Part shown: in pieces, positions 8,766 to 17,918 of the stretch
How positions within the stretch are numbered: the first letter of the stretch is position 1
Layout: each line of letters begins with the position of its first letter
Virus record (IMG/VR): IMGVR_UViG_3300007770_000001
Reading direction: 5' to 3' (one strand)
Source: a virus
Lineage: Duplodnaviria > Caudoviricetes
Length of the DNA: 64,000 nt
Notes under the pieces: generated by a model
Told to the model about the DNA's origin: nothing
The model's input: only the letters and a program-made list of their open reading frames with translations
Databases searched by the model: none
Position numbers and translations under genes: made by a program

Positions 8766-9382
8766 TGATTGAACGCGACCCCCTCATGTATCTCAGAGAC
8801 CTTCGCTCCCTCATCTCCATTCTCCGGACCTCCGAGGAAGGGTGGGAGAACCGAGCGGCGGATGCCCTGATCTCCATAGCGCGGAGCCTCAAGATCGAGA
8901 ACCAGGACTGCTTCTGCGTCTCTCCTCCAGGCTTCACCTACCACTTCCCGGTCCAGGAGGACCTCTGGTCTCGGTTCGCGAACGCTCATCGGGGTCTGAG
9001 GCCTGATACCAACAAGATCATCGAGCTCACCAAGACCTGGGCTCCGAAGGACTTGAACACCAGGATCATCCTCCTGACCTATGCCTCGGTCCCGGTCCTC
9101 CTGAAGCTCGGGGATGTGCACCGACGCAGGTTCGCCGGTCTCCTCGAACAGCACGTTGCCATGGTGAGCCTGGGTTCAGAGACGTACCGGAAGCTGGAGG
9201 GCATGGCTCTGGACCGGGAGAAGGCCAACCGCTTCCGGGATCTCATCTCCCTCCTCCACGACCACAAGGGCCTGGACGCCTTCTGGCTTGCTGATGTGGA
9301 CGATGCCCTGAAGGGCCTCCTGGGGGAGGAGTCTTGGAAGGCGTTCCATAGGAACTTCCTCCGGTCCTCGGAATGGAAATAG
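8765..9382 (+). CDS. Hypothetical helical protein
   Basis: Coupled ATG, typical codon bias. Confidence 0.7.
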   Translation: MIERDPLMYLRDLRSLISILRTSEEGWENRAADALISIARSLKIENQDCFCVSPPGFTYHFPVQEDLWSRFANAHRGLRPDTNKIIELTKTWAPKDLNTRIILLTYASVPVLLKLGDVHRRRFAGLLEQHVAMVSLGSETYRKLEGMALDREKANRFRDLISLLHDHKGLDAFWLADVDDALKGLLGEESWKAFHRNFLRSSEWK

Positions 9383-9424
9383 GTGTTCAGCCTATCTGGG
9401 GTATCTCCCTCCCCAGGAGATACC

Positions 9425-9967
9425 ATGCACAAACAGAATCTTGCTGAGTTCCTGACCCAAACCGCAGTCCTCCACGGGGACTTCACCCTGACCAGCGGCG
9501 CCAAATCCAAGGTCTACCTGGACATCAAGAAGGCGGCGCTGACCTCCGAGGGTGCGTACCTGATTGGGATGTCCATGCTGTCCAAGTTCGCAGACCTGGA
9601 CCTCCGCTACAGCGCCATCGGCGGCTTGGAGCTTGGGGCTGTCCCTGTTGTCTCCGCCACTCTGGCCTGCGCTCGAGTCCGGGGAACAATCATCGACGGA
9701 TTTGTCGTCCGCAAGGGGGACCGGAGCCACGGCACCGGGAAGAAGATCGAGGGCGTCGATATCAATGGGCTTCGGGTCGCTGTCCTCGAGGACGTCACCA
9801 CTTCTGGAGGCTCTGCTCTGGAGGCTGTTCAGGAGATTCGGAAGGCCGGGGGAGATGTCGCGGGCGTGTTCACTGTCGTGGACCGACTGATGGGAGCGCG
9901 GGAGTTCCTACACGATCACAGCATCCGGTTCCATGCCCTCACGGACATCAAGGACCTGGGCCTGTGA
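9425..9967 (+). CDS. pyrE: Orotate phosphoribosyltransferase
   Basis: GDFTLTSG..SKVYLD, GGLELGAVP, VVRK, PRPP motif VAVLEDVTTSGGS; AGGAG RBS. Confidence 0.92.
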   Translation: MHKQNLAEFLTQTAVLHGDFTLTSGAKSKVYLDIKKAALTSEGAYLIGMSMLSKFADLDLRYSAIGGLELGAVPVVSATLACARVRGTIIDGFVVRKGDRSHGTGKKIEGVDINGLRVAVLEDVTTSGGSALEAVQEIRKAGGDVAGVFTVVDRLMGAREFLHDHSIRFHALTDIKDLGL

Positions 9968-10350
9968 GCTTCGTCAAAGTCGCCAACGTCCGGAAACACC
10001 ATCGGACCGGGGAGGAGACCCGTGTCTATGTAGGGCGGAAGTGCAACGGCTACGAGGGAAGTCCCCTCGGGAATCCGTTTCGCCCCGGAGGACTCCCCGG
10101 AAGCTCCATCCCCAAGTTCAGGACCTGGCTCGTGGACAAGCTACATGAGAAGGATGCAGCGGTGACTGAAGAGGTGCTCCGATTGGCCCGTATCCACCTC
10201 TCAGGGAAGTCTCTGACCCTCCTCTGCTGGTGTGCTCCCACCGGGGCAGGGTTGACCACGGAGGACAAGCCCTACAAGTGCCACGGCCAAGAGATCGCTG
10301 AGATCGTACAGCAGATCTCCGAGAAGGCTGTAGAACGCGGCATGGCCTGA
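9964..10350 (+). CDS. DUF4326-like protein
   Basis: VYVGR...SPLGNPF...L.GK.L.CWCAP...CHG pattern. Confidence 0.8.
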   Translation: MSFVKVANVRKHHRTGEETRVYVGRKCNGYEGSPLGNPFRPGGLPGSSIPKFRTWLVDKLHEKDAAVTEEVLRLARIHLSGKSLTLLCWCAPTGAGLTTEDKPYKCHGQEIAEIVQQISEKAVERGMA

Positions 10351-10352
10351 GG

Positions 10353-11525
10353 CTACGCGGGGACGACGCCCACCTGGCGCTTGAACACCAGCCCGTGCTC
10401 AGCCAACCACGTTTCGAATCCCTGATCGACCCAGGTCATCGACACCATCCCCTGGTGGACACCTTTGTCTACGATGACCTCTCCTTGACCATGGAAGGGG
10501 AACTTCTGTCGTAGCTCTCGGGGGAGCTCGTTGAAGTCGATCACGACTTTGCTTGCAGGCACCACCGCTTTGACCAACCAGTTGATCGACTTCTTGGCTT
10601 GGCCCGCCGCAAAGTTGGTCGCGACCTGAGCGGATACGGACCAGCTGCTCTCCTTCCCCCGCTTCACCTTGATCTTGTCTCCAACGTGGAGCTTGGTCAA
10701 GTCTCGGACTCCTGTGCGGCGGAACAGTCTCTTCTTGACATCGGCCATAGTGACGCCGGAGTAGTCCCCCCAGTCATCGACCTGAGTCCCAAATCCCCGG
10801 TACACGGTCACCTGGGTGTAGTCCTTCGGCGAGTTCTCAAGGAGCCACTCCTTGACCGGTTTCTTCATCCGCTTCCCAGGATTCTTCGTGTACCGAAGGA
10901 GCTCGTCGATCACCCAGTCTGGCATCGTGAACCCTTCGGCTCCCGGCCCGGCGTCGATCCTCTGGGCTGCGCCATCCACTATCGTCCCTTGGTTCAGGAC
11001 GATGTCGGTCCAGACGTAGTTGACGTGTCTGTCTACGATCCCATCAAACAGAACCCGGAACTTCTTGGCTGTGGTACCGAGCGTGTTGGCATCACGGCCC
11101 ATCGTGTAGCCATCCAGCTTGCCTGCCAGAACCTTGGCCATTTGAATGTGGTCTTCGGGGAAGGTCATCCCCCAGTAGCGATCGAGGGCCTCCTTCGTGA
11201 TGGCTCCCGCTTTGATCGCCCGGTAGCAGTCTCTTTCACTGCCGTCGAACAGTTTGAGCCCTCGATACATGTAGATGTAGTTGTCCATCCCTGCCAAAGA
11301 GCGCACTCCGACATTCCGACGCCATCGCACATAGGACTTCGCGGGTCTCACCGGGAGGAGGCTGTTGTTCGCTTGACGCCCTCCCCACTCGAAGTACATC
11401 GCCCGACGCTGTAGGTCGGGCATCTGGTCGACGAGGTGGGGGAGGAACAGGTAGAAGTTTCCCTGGAGAGCAGCCTGGTGGAGCCCGGCCACCCGCTGGG
11501 AGCATACTTGTAGGGGGGGTGTCAT
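10353..11525 (-). CDS. Protein with C-terminal ADP-ribosyltransferase-like domain
   Basis: TVYRG ... ESSWSVSAQVATNFA ... GQGEVIV (R-S-QxE arrangement). Confidence 0.6.
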   Translation of the reverse strand: MTPPLQVCSQRVAGLHQAALQGNFYLFLPHLVDQMPDLQRRAMYFEWGGRQANNSLLPVRPAKSYVRWRRNVGVRSLAGMDNYIYMYRGLKLFDGSERDCYRAIKAGAITKEALDRYWGMTFPEDHIQMAKVLAGKLDGYTMGRDANTLGTTAKKFRVLFDGIVDRHVNYVWTDIVLNQGTIVDGAAQRIDAGPGAEGFTMPDWVIDELLRYTKNPGKRMKKPVKEWLLENSPKDYTQVTVYRGFGTQVDDWGDYSGVTMADVKKRLFRRTGVRDLTKLHVGDKIKVKRGKESSWSVSAQVATNFAAGQAKKSINWLVKAVVPASKVVIDFNELPRELRQKFPFHGQGEVIVDKGVHQGMVSMTWVDQGFETWLAEHGLVFKRQVGVVPA

Positions 11526-11576
11526 GACACCCCCCCGGAATAGCCAAGGTACCGGACTCAGGCCGCGCGGAGGAGC

Positions 11577-11951
11577 TCAGCGAAGGTGGCCGTGAGGGGC
11601 TTGCCATCGACACACTTGGCAACGAGCGCCTCGTGGGCGGCCTTCTCTGCGGCTTTTTACACATTCCACAGGACATCTCGCGACTCGAGAGAGGGCCTCG
11701 TCCGATACCAGGCCCAGGTAGCGGTCGAGGAAGGTCCAGAGCGACTCCTGGGCGCGTTCTCCGCTTCTGTCGGGGGAAGGGTGGCGGGGTGGCTTCTTCG
11801 ACCGTCTGGAAGGGTGTTTCCGACGTGGTTTGATGCCCTTCTCTTTCCGGCGTCTCGCGACGGTGGAGGCAGTACATCCGATGCGTCCCGCGAGCACTCT
11901 ATCCACCTCTGTCCCCAGCAGCGGGTCCCATTTCTCCCAGTCGTAGGCCAT
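11577..11951 (-). CDS. Putative DNA-binding protein with two HTH-like repeats
   Basis: LLGTEVDRVLAGRIGCTASTVARRR and YLGLVSDEALSRVARC repeats. Confidence 0.65.
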   Translation of the reverse strand: MAYDWEKWDPLLGTEVDRVLAGRIGCTASTVARRRKEKGIKPRRKHPSRRSKKPPRHPSPDRSGERAQESLWTFLDRYLGLVSDEALSRVARCPVECVKSRREGRPRGARCQVCRWQAPHGHLR

Positions 11952-11998
11952 GCCCTCGTTACCCTATATCCTGGGGGAGCCCAACTCCTGAGGTCATC

Positions 11999-12799
11999 AT
12001 GAAGGTTCTCCGTCAGGGCTCTCGAGGCTCCGAAGTTCGTCGTCTACAGCAGCTCCTCAACATCGGCGCCGATGGCATCTTTGGCGCCGGGACCAAGAGG
12101 TCCGTCATCGCGTTCCAGAAGTCGAAGGGCCTCTCTGCTGATGGCATCGTCGGCAAGGGAACGTGGGGCGCGCTCGAGAAGGACTCGGGGGAACCGATCA
12201 ATCCAGACCCCGAGCCTCGGACGGCTGACTGGCTGGTCGCCCAGTACCAGGCCAAGGGCTACATCCTCCACACGGGGGGTCGGGTCAACTTCGGCTCTCT
12301 CCGGACCATCCCCGGAACGCCCAACAGGTTCGATGACTTCGTCTTCATGCTCTGGCAGGAGGGGGGTGTCTGGAAAGTCACGTTCTTCGAGGCCACTACC
12401 GACCCAGGCACCTACTGGCTGGAGAACCCGGGGAACTCTCGAGGAACGGCCATCCTGTGCCCTGGCCAGTACGTCGACGTCTACAAGATCGACAAGCACG
12501 GTGGGAAGTACGAGGCGCTTTGCCAGAGGAACGGCAAGGTCAAGGTGTGGCGGGACAAGGACCGCGACGCCGTTGCCGAGTACCAGCAGGGCTCCGAGGG
12601 CGAGGACGGGTGGTATGGGATCAACATCCACCGCGCTTCCTCGAGCCGCATGTCCACGAACGTGGAGAAGTGGTCTGCGGGCTGTCAGGTGATGGCGGAC
12701 CCTGACGACTTCGCTCGGTTCATGACGACCTGCCACTCCGAGAAGAAGCTCCATGGGGAGACCTTCACCTGGACTCTCTTGGAGAACCACGTCTCGTAG
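11999..12799 (+). CDS. Endolysin-like: peptidoglycan-binding domain + L,D-transpeptidase-like (YkuD-type) catalytic domain
   Basis: ADGIFGAGTKRSVIAFQ...ADGIVGKGTW; INIHRA...WSAGCQV. Confidence 0.8.
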   Translation: MKVLRQGSRGSEVRRLQQLLNIGADGIFGAGTKRSVIAFQKSKGLSADGIVGKGTWGALEKDSGEPINPDPEPRTADWLVAQYQAKGYILHTGGRVNFGSLRTIPGTPNRFDDFVFMLWQEGGVWKVTFFEATTDPGTYWLENPGNSRGTAILCPGQYVDVYKIDKHGGKYEALCQRNGKVKVWRDKDRDAVAEYQQGSEGEDGWYGINIHRASSSRMSTNVEKWSAGCQVMADPDDFARFMTTCHSEKKLHGETFTWTLLENHVS

Positions 12800-12801
12800 G
12801 T

Positions 12802-13314
12802 CTACTGGCTAAGCTCCATGAAGAGCGCAGTTGCGTCGTCCGCATAGACGGCAGCCCCATATCCCGAGCCGTTGTAGCGGCGGAGAGCGCGCCACACATC
12901 TCCGTCCGTCCTGCCCAGATGTCCGCTCAGGATGTAGGCGGAGCATCGGAGGTTGGTCAGGGGGTCCAGCAGGTCCGAGGGATCCTGGATCAGATGGAGA
13001 TTCTGGAGGGTCTCCGTCCAGACGCCCGGATGGATCTGGGCCAGCCCGATCTCCCCGACTCCGCCGATAGCGTCGGGATCGCAGAAGGATTCCTTGGTCA
13101 CCACTGCCCCAAGAAGGGCAGGCGGAATCTGGAACTCCTCGGACACCTGCTCAATCAACACGTCCAAGTGCGTAGAGCTCTGGGATTCGCACAGCTGGGT
13201 CCACTTCCCGACCGGAGGCGCCACAGGAGTGTTCGGAAGGGGGTTCTCCTGGACTGCCCAGACGACAGTGTTCATGGTGGTCAGGAAGCTTAGGGCAAAC
13301 AACACGGTACGCAT
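12802..13314 (-). CDS. Lytic transglycosylase (SLT family) with N-terminal signal/TM
   Basis: KESFCDPDAIG...GLAQI...DPLTNL...ALRRYNG; GGAG RBS before ATG 13314. Confidence 0.88.
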   Translation of the reverse strand: MRTVLFALSFLTTMNTVVWAVQENPLPNTPVAPPVGKWTQLCESQSSTHLDVLIEQVSEEFQIPPALLGAVVTKESFCDPDAIGGVGEIGLAQIHPGVWTETLQNLHLIQDPSDLLDPLTNLRCSAYILSGHLGRTDGDVWRALRRYNGSGYGAAVYADDATALFMELSQ

Positions 13315-13353
13315 CAGCAACTCCAGCAGCGGTATGTCAGGTTCAGCACTGGG

Positions 13354-13381
13354 GTTACGCCTCCGGATTCCAGAGGGAAAC
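13354..13381 (-). promoter_or_regulatory. Class I promoter-like motif GTTTCC-N13-AGGCGTAAC
   Basis: Same spacing as other copies; upstream of SLT gene. Confidence 0.7.
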
Positions 13382-13433
13382 TCGTTAGAGAGGCTATGTT
13401 GGGCTCCTCTCTGAACCGAGTTCCGGGAATCAG

Positions 13434-13937
13434 ATGGATCGCACCTCTCTACGCAACCTCCTCACCAGCGAGGGGCTTCTCTCCAAAGAGGCTCGCAAGT
13501 CTCTCGAGCTCTTGGACAATCTGGACAACGAGCACGCGGTCCAGGACGCGTGGCCTGACGTCACCTACAAGGGCAAGCCTCTTCTCCCCAGCGGGAGAAT
13601 GTACCCCTTCTATGCTCGTGCTGAAGGGGCGATCACCGAGAAGGACTTCCAGGAAGTCTTCATGGGCTACGATCCCGTCAAGGACGTGTTCATCGTGGGG
13701 TTCGACGTCTGGCCCGACGACAACTGGGAAGACGAGTACGAAGAGGACCATCGATACGCTCGTGTTCGCCAGCTTCGGGCTCGGGGCAAGACGGCGATGA
13801 TGTCCGCAGAGTATGTCGTTGTCAAGTTCGACGGACGTGTGCTCGCTCAGCACACTGCCCCCGGCGGGTTCTACCCGAACGGTCTGAAGGATGCCAAGAG
13901 AAGGTTCCCTCGGATGATCTCTATCCGTCTCGACTGA
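13434..13937 (+). CDS. Hypothetical protein, possibly virion-associated
   Basis: ATG start, acidic; class II motif variant upstream. Confidence 0.7.
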   Translation: MDRTSLRNLLTSEGLLSKEARKSLELLDNLDNEHAVQDAWPDVTYKGKPLLPSGRMYPFYARAEGAITEKDFQEVFMGYDPVKDVFIVGFDVWPDDNWEDEYEEDHRYARVRQLRARGKTAMMSAEYVVVKFDGRVLAQHTAPGGFYPNGLKDAKRRFPRMISIRLD

Positions 13938-14616
13938 GAACCCATTCGGGTTTCTTCCCGAACTGAAAGCCGAAGCGACGGATGAGGTCTCCATCCCCGT
14001 CGTCAATCATGTGCTTCACCTCCAGCCCGAAAGTAGTATCCGGGCCTCGCCATACGTTCTGGGCGGGGAGAGCACCCACTGCCCCCAGAGGCGCGCCCAG
14101 GAGTTCCGAGAGGCCCTCGTTGAGGCGCTGGGTGTTTAGCCATATACGTGGAGTCTCTGCATCCTGTCCGTAGACGTGTCGGAACATCCAGGTGGCCAAT
14201 CCCTGGCTCGAGTCCTGCAGATCGAAGAAGGACATCTTGGGAGCGCTGGAGATCTGAGGACACCATACATTGGGGATCGGTGCAACCACCATCCACGGAT
14301 GCGTCCAGTAGTACACAGCGTCCGCGAACTCTCGGGTCCCTTCCGTCCAGAAATCAATGACCTCTGGGTCCGAACGGAGAGTGTGTTCGAACAGGGAGCA
14401 GTACCAGTCCCAGGGGTTCCGAACCACGCCGAACCAGGTACGCTTCTCCCCAGCCTCGGATAGGATGCTCCGGGCTTCCGATATGGATCGGTGCCTTCCC
14501 ACCCCAGGAAACACCTGGGGGTTCTCTCCGAGTTCTCTCAACGCCTGGTAGACGGAGAAGCCCCCGGTCTTGGGCATGTGCCAGAAGGCCAGGCCTGATG
14601 CGGTGTGTACAGCCAT
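13921..14616 (-). CDS. Sulfotransferase-family protein
   Basis: FWHMPKTGGFSV (5'-PSB-like) and FGVVRNPWDWYCSLF (3'-PB-like). Confidence 0.8.
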   Translation of the reverse strand: MAVHTASGLAFWHMPKTGGFSVYQALRELGENPQVFPGVGRHRSISEARSILSEAGEKRTWFGVVRNPWDWYCSLFEHTLRSDPEVIDFWTEGTREFADAVYYWTHPWMVVAPIPNVWCPQISSAPKMSFFDLQDSSQGLATWMFRHVYGQDAETPRIWLNTQRLNEGLSELLGAPLGAVGALPAQNVWRGPDTTFGLEVKHMIDDGDGDLIRRFGFQFGKKPEWVLSRDG

Positions 14617-14660
14617 GAGGGAATAGTACCGTGGCTGGGCTATCTACAAAGAGGGCTACG

Positions 14661-15980
14661 ATGTCCCACGACAACGACGAATCTCGCGCCGGTCTGGTTC
14701 CGTTTTCTCTGGACCAGAATCCTGCTCCCGGACCCTCCCTCGAGGGCCAGGACTACCAGGACAAAAAACAGGCCTTGGTCAACCAGATCATGGCTACTTT
14801 CCGGAAGCTCTTGCCCTCCAACTATGTGGCGGAAACCAACGGTCCGTGGTACTCTCTGCAGTTCCAGGCAATGGCGGAGCAGCTGGCGGATATCCAGCTG
14901 GAGGTTTCCGAGATCTACAAGGACTCCGACTGGGACTTCACCCGAACGGACTTCCTGTGGTCTGTATTGGGGCAGATGGTGTTCCCCGGAGCTACCGACA
15001 GGTCTGGGATCCCGGACATCAGCTCGGATCTGGCGTATCGAGATTTCCTCCATCAGATGGTGGTTCAGCTCCTCAAGGGGGCGACCACCGAGTCCATGGA
15101 AGGAGGCGTGGACGCTCTGGGAGATGATTTCATCTCTACTGTCCTCGAGAGATACCTGGCGTCCCCCCCTCGGGACCCGAACGGTGCATACACGATCAAG
15201 GACCAGTTCACAGTCGATATCTTCATCGAGACCGAATCCGGGGGCTTTCCTGGAGACCCTACGGTCACGGAGAGAAACGCGCGCCTGGTCCTCTCCGCCC
15301 TGAAGCCTGCCCATGTCATCTACACATATAGCCACCTGTTCCGCGACGCCTTCGATCAGATCGCGGATGATGCAGGAGGTCCTGAGTCCTGGGAGATCGA
15401 GGACTACCGCTATGACGACATGCGGAAGTGGTGTCATGGATTCAAGGGCATCACAGGAACGGGGGAGACCCTCTCCAACAGGACCCTCTTCTCAGATCCT
15501 TCCCTCTCCTTTGTTTCTATCACCAAGAACGCGGTGTTGCGGGTCTTGTCAGGCCCCAACGCCGGGGCGTACAGGGTCGTGGGGACGCGTGCTCTCCTGA
15601 GCGGGGCTACGGCTACCCCAGCCTCCTACACGGTCTCCAGCGGGGGCTCAGGGACTCTGGTAGCTCTCGAGGACGATGTGGTAGAGGATACTTCCCGGGA
15701 TTGGGGGGCTCTCGCTGTCGACACTACGATCACGATCCTCGACGGTGTCAACGCAGGCACCTATCGTCTCCACGCTGTCCTGGGCTCTACTGGGGGTCTG
15801 GTCGGGAAGCCAGGGGTGTCTGGGGACCAGGTCCGTCTCTCCCCTTCGATCCTACAGGTGGAGAGACGGATGCCTTCCACCGCGGTCGGCCAGAGCTATG
15901 AGGTAGAGGTGGATAGGCTCGGCCACAAGTCGCCCAAGACGGTCTCCGCTGAGGATGTATCGGCGCAGTTCTACCTCTGA
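14661..15980 (+). CDS. Baseplate wedge / tail protein I-like virion protein
   Basis: LLPSNY...YRDFLHQMVVQLLKGAT...LSALKPAHV pattern of baseplate J partners. Confidence 0.7.
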   Translation: MSHDNDESRAGLVPFSLDQNPAPGPSLEGQDYQDKKQALVNQIMATFRKLLPSNYVAETNGPWYSLQFQAMAEQLADIQLEVSEIYKDSDWDFTRTDFLWSVLGQMVFPGATDRSGIPDISSDLAYRDFLHQMVVQLLKGATTESMEGGVDALGDDFISTVLERYLASPPRDPNGAYTIKDQFTVDIFIETESGGFPGDPTVTERNARLVLSALKPAHVIYTYSHLFRDAFDQIADDAGGPESWEIEDYRYDDMRKWCHGFKGITGTGETLSNRTLFSDPSLSFVSITKNAVLRVLSGPNAGAYRVVGTRALLSGATATPASYTVSSGGSGTLVALEDDVVEDTSRDWGALAVDTTITILDGVNAGTYRLHAVLGSTGGLVGKPGVSGDQVRLSPSILQVERRMPSTAVGQSYEVEVDRLGHKSPKTVSAEDVSAQFYL

Positions 15981-16669
15981 TGCTGTACACAGATAAGCAC
16001 ATCGCTGCCTGCCAGCCTCGAACAGGATCCACTGCTCGAAGACACCGGTTCTCGAGGGTCCTCGGTGCCCGGACCATGTTCACCAAAGATGGGAAGGAGT
16101 TCCATGGACACATGCCTCTCCGTGTTCTTCCTCCTGAACTTCTCGAAGGCCGGGTCGGGGTGGCTACTGTCCGGGACCCCTTCAGCTGGATGGTGTCCGT
16201 CTACTTCCGATTGGTCGCGTTCCCTCCGGGGAAGACCCGTGACTTCCTCAAGAAGTGGGGCGGGGGAACGCACCGATGGGATCGTGTCCTCTACGGGTGG
16301 ACCCACCCCGGGGAGATCGAGTCTCCTATGGAAAGGCATGCTTGGGCGAACCCCTGGGGATCCCAGACGTCCGGGACCGAGGGCCTGTGGAGCGCCTCCG
16401 TCCGCTGGTATCACGAAGGGGCCTCGGTCTTCATCGATACAGCAAGGCAGAACGAGGGCTGGGCTTCTCTGTATCCTGAACACCGCGATGCCCTGATAGA
16501 GTGTGGGCGGACCAACGAGTGGGACCACCCTCTTGTCGGGGACATGTTCACTCCAGAACAGGAGCGCTGGGTCCAGGAAGCCGATGGGGATCTGATGGAA
16601 GCCCTCGGGTATTCGGGAGTAGGCCAACCCAGCACCAACATGGTCTCCGAGTTCCCGGTCATGCGGTAA
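15980..16669 (+). CDS. Second sulfotransferase-family protein
   Basis: CQPRTGSTA, HGHMP, ATVRDPFSWMVSVY; TGATG coupled to baseplate gene. Confidence 0.72.
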   Translation: MLYTDKHIAACQPRTGSTARRHRFSRVLGARTMFTKDGKEFHGHMPLRVLPPELLEGRVGVATVRDPFSWMVSVYFRLVAFPPGKTRDFLKKWGGGTHRWDRVLYGWTHPGEIESPMERHAWANPWGSQTSGTEGLWSASVRWYHEGASVFIDTARQNEGWASLYPEHRDALIECGRTNEWDHPLVGDMFTPEQERWVQEADGDLMEALGYSGVGQPSTNMVSEFPVMR

Positions 16670-16679
16670 TCAGTAATAT

Positions 16680-16758
16680 GCTCCCGTAGCTCAGTTGGTT
16701 AGAGCGCTGGGGTTTAAGTCCTGGGTCGTCACCAGTTCGATTCTGGTCGGGAGTTCCA
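16680..16758 (+). tRNA. tRNA, probable anticodon UUA (ochre suppressor-like) or degenerate; encoded CCA
   Basis: Acceptor GCTCCCG/CGGGAGT, D arm GCTC-AGTTGGTTA-GAGC, T arm ACCAG-TTCGATT-CTGGT, CCA 16756-16758; weak anticodon stem CTGGG-GTTTAAG-TCCTG. Confidence 0.85.
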
Positions 16759-16771
16759 TCTTGGGGGGTGT

Positions 16772-17197
16772 GTGTTACGTGTAGTGGATATCACGGAGGC
16801 GGAGAGGGTTCTCAAGGATCTCGAGAAGAGGGCTCTCCTCCGACCTATCTCGTGGGAGGTCCTGAAGATCGCCAAAGAGAAGGGCGTCCTCCCGCCGACC
16901 AACAACGAGCTCACCGTGCGGCTGGCAGGTGGGCTGCAGGTCACTCTCACGTTCGAGCACCAGCAGTACGGTTTGGTCCGTCACGCATCCTTCTCCACGG
17001 TAACTGGGGAGGCTGAGTCTATGCCGGCTCCGCTCCTCATTCGGGAACTGCTTCCCTTCCTTGGGTTCACTGGTTCTCTCAAGGACTGCCACCTGTGGAT
17101 CGAGGACCTCTCCCATGGAAAGAAGGCCGTCAATGTCATCCAACCGCATGACGGAGACTGGAGTCCTTTCATCACCGATAGACCTGGGAGTGTGTGA
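16772..17197 (+). CDS. Hypothetical protein, 141 aa
   Basis: ORF directly after tRNA, typical codon bias. Confidence 0.65.
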   Translation: MLRVVDITEAERVLKDLEKRALLRPISWEVLKIAKEKGVLPPTNNELTVRLAGGLQVTLTFEHQQYGLVRHASFSTVTGEAESMPAPLLIRELLPFLGFTGSLKDCHLWIEDLSHGKKAVNVIQPHDGDWSPFITDRPGSV

Positions 17198-17918
17198 GGG
17201 CTGTCCCACCCGTAGTCGGTGCCACTCAGCTGCCTGGAACGCGACGGCCAAGCCGGATTCCGTCCCCACCAAGGCGGAAGAGATCTCTATGGTCCACGAG
17301 TGCGTCTCGTGCTTCGATGTTCGCCTGAGCTTCTTCGGCGGGAATGAGGCGTTCCCCATCCCGGATGAGTGTCCCCGCAGGGGTGGGAGCTCTGGTAGCT
17401 GGCGGGAGTGCGGGGAGTGCTATGCCTACAGGGATAGTGTGACCCGACCTCCCCTGACTCCTGAGATGAGGGAAGCTTCCCGTGGTCTCTGGGTTTCCAT
17501 CGTTGAGCGAGTCCAGGACCGACTTGAACACGGCCCTGACTACCACGACCTTCAGCAGGAGCGCAAGGCCAAGGAGGCCGTATCCCGATTCGGTGACGCC
17601 ATAGACCAGTATCCCGCTCTCCGGAAGCTCACGGAGTCAGGAGAGTCGAATCCCGAGGGCCTCCACAAGCTGGTCTCGTTTCTTGACGCTCTACTGGACA
17701 CGGCCCCCGGAGAACCGGACTTCTCTGGAATTGACTCGGAACGGGTCGGGCTGGAGCTGATGGATGGCCTCCTTCAGTCCCTCCAACGAGGGCACGAAAC
17801 CCCAGACTCCTGGCTTCGGGAATGGAAGGTCTGGTACACGAACCGGCGTCCGTTCTTCCGGTTGTTGGGCTATAAGGGGGAGGGGGAGAGCAAACCCCGA
17901 GGTCCAGATGTCTCCTGA
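17190..17918 (+). CDS. Cys-rich hypothetical protein
   Basis: Probable GTG start near 17190; CEGC, CVSC, CGEC motifs. Confidence 0.6.
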   Translation: MCEGCPTRSRCHSAAWNATAKPDSVPTKAEEISMVHECVSCFDVRLSFFGGNEAFPIPDECPRRGGSSGSWRECGECYAYRDSVTRPPLTPEMREASRGLWVSIVERVQDRLEHGPDYHDLQQERKAKEAVSRFGDAIDQYPALRKLTESGESNPEGLHKLVSFLDALLDTAPGEPDFSGIDSERVGLELMDGLLQSLQRGHETPDSWLREWKVWYTNRRPFFRLLGYKGEGESKPRGPDVS

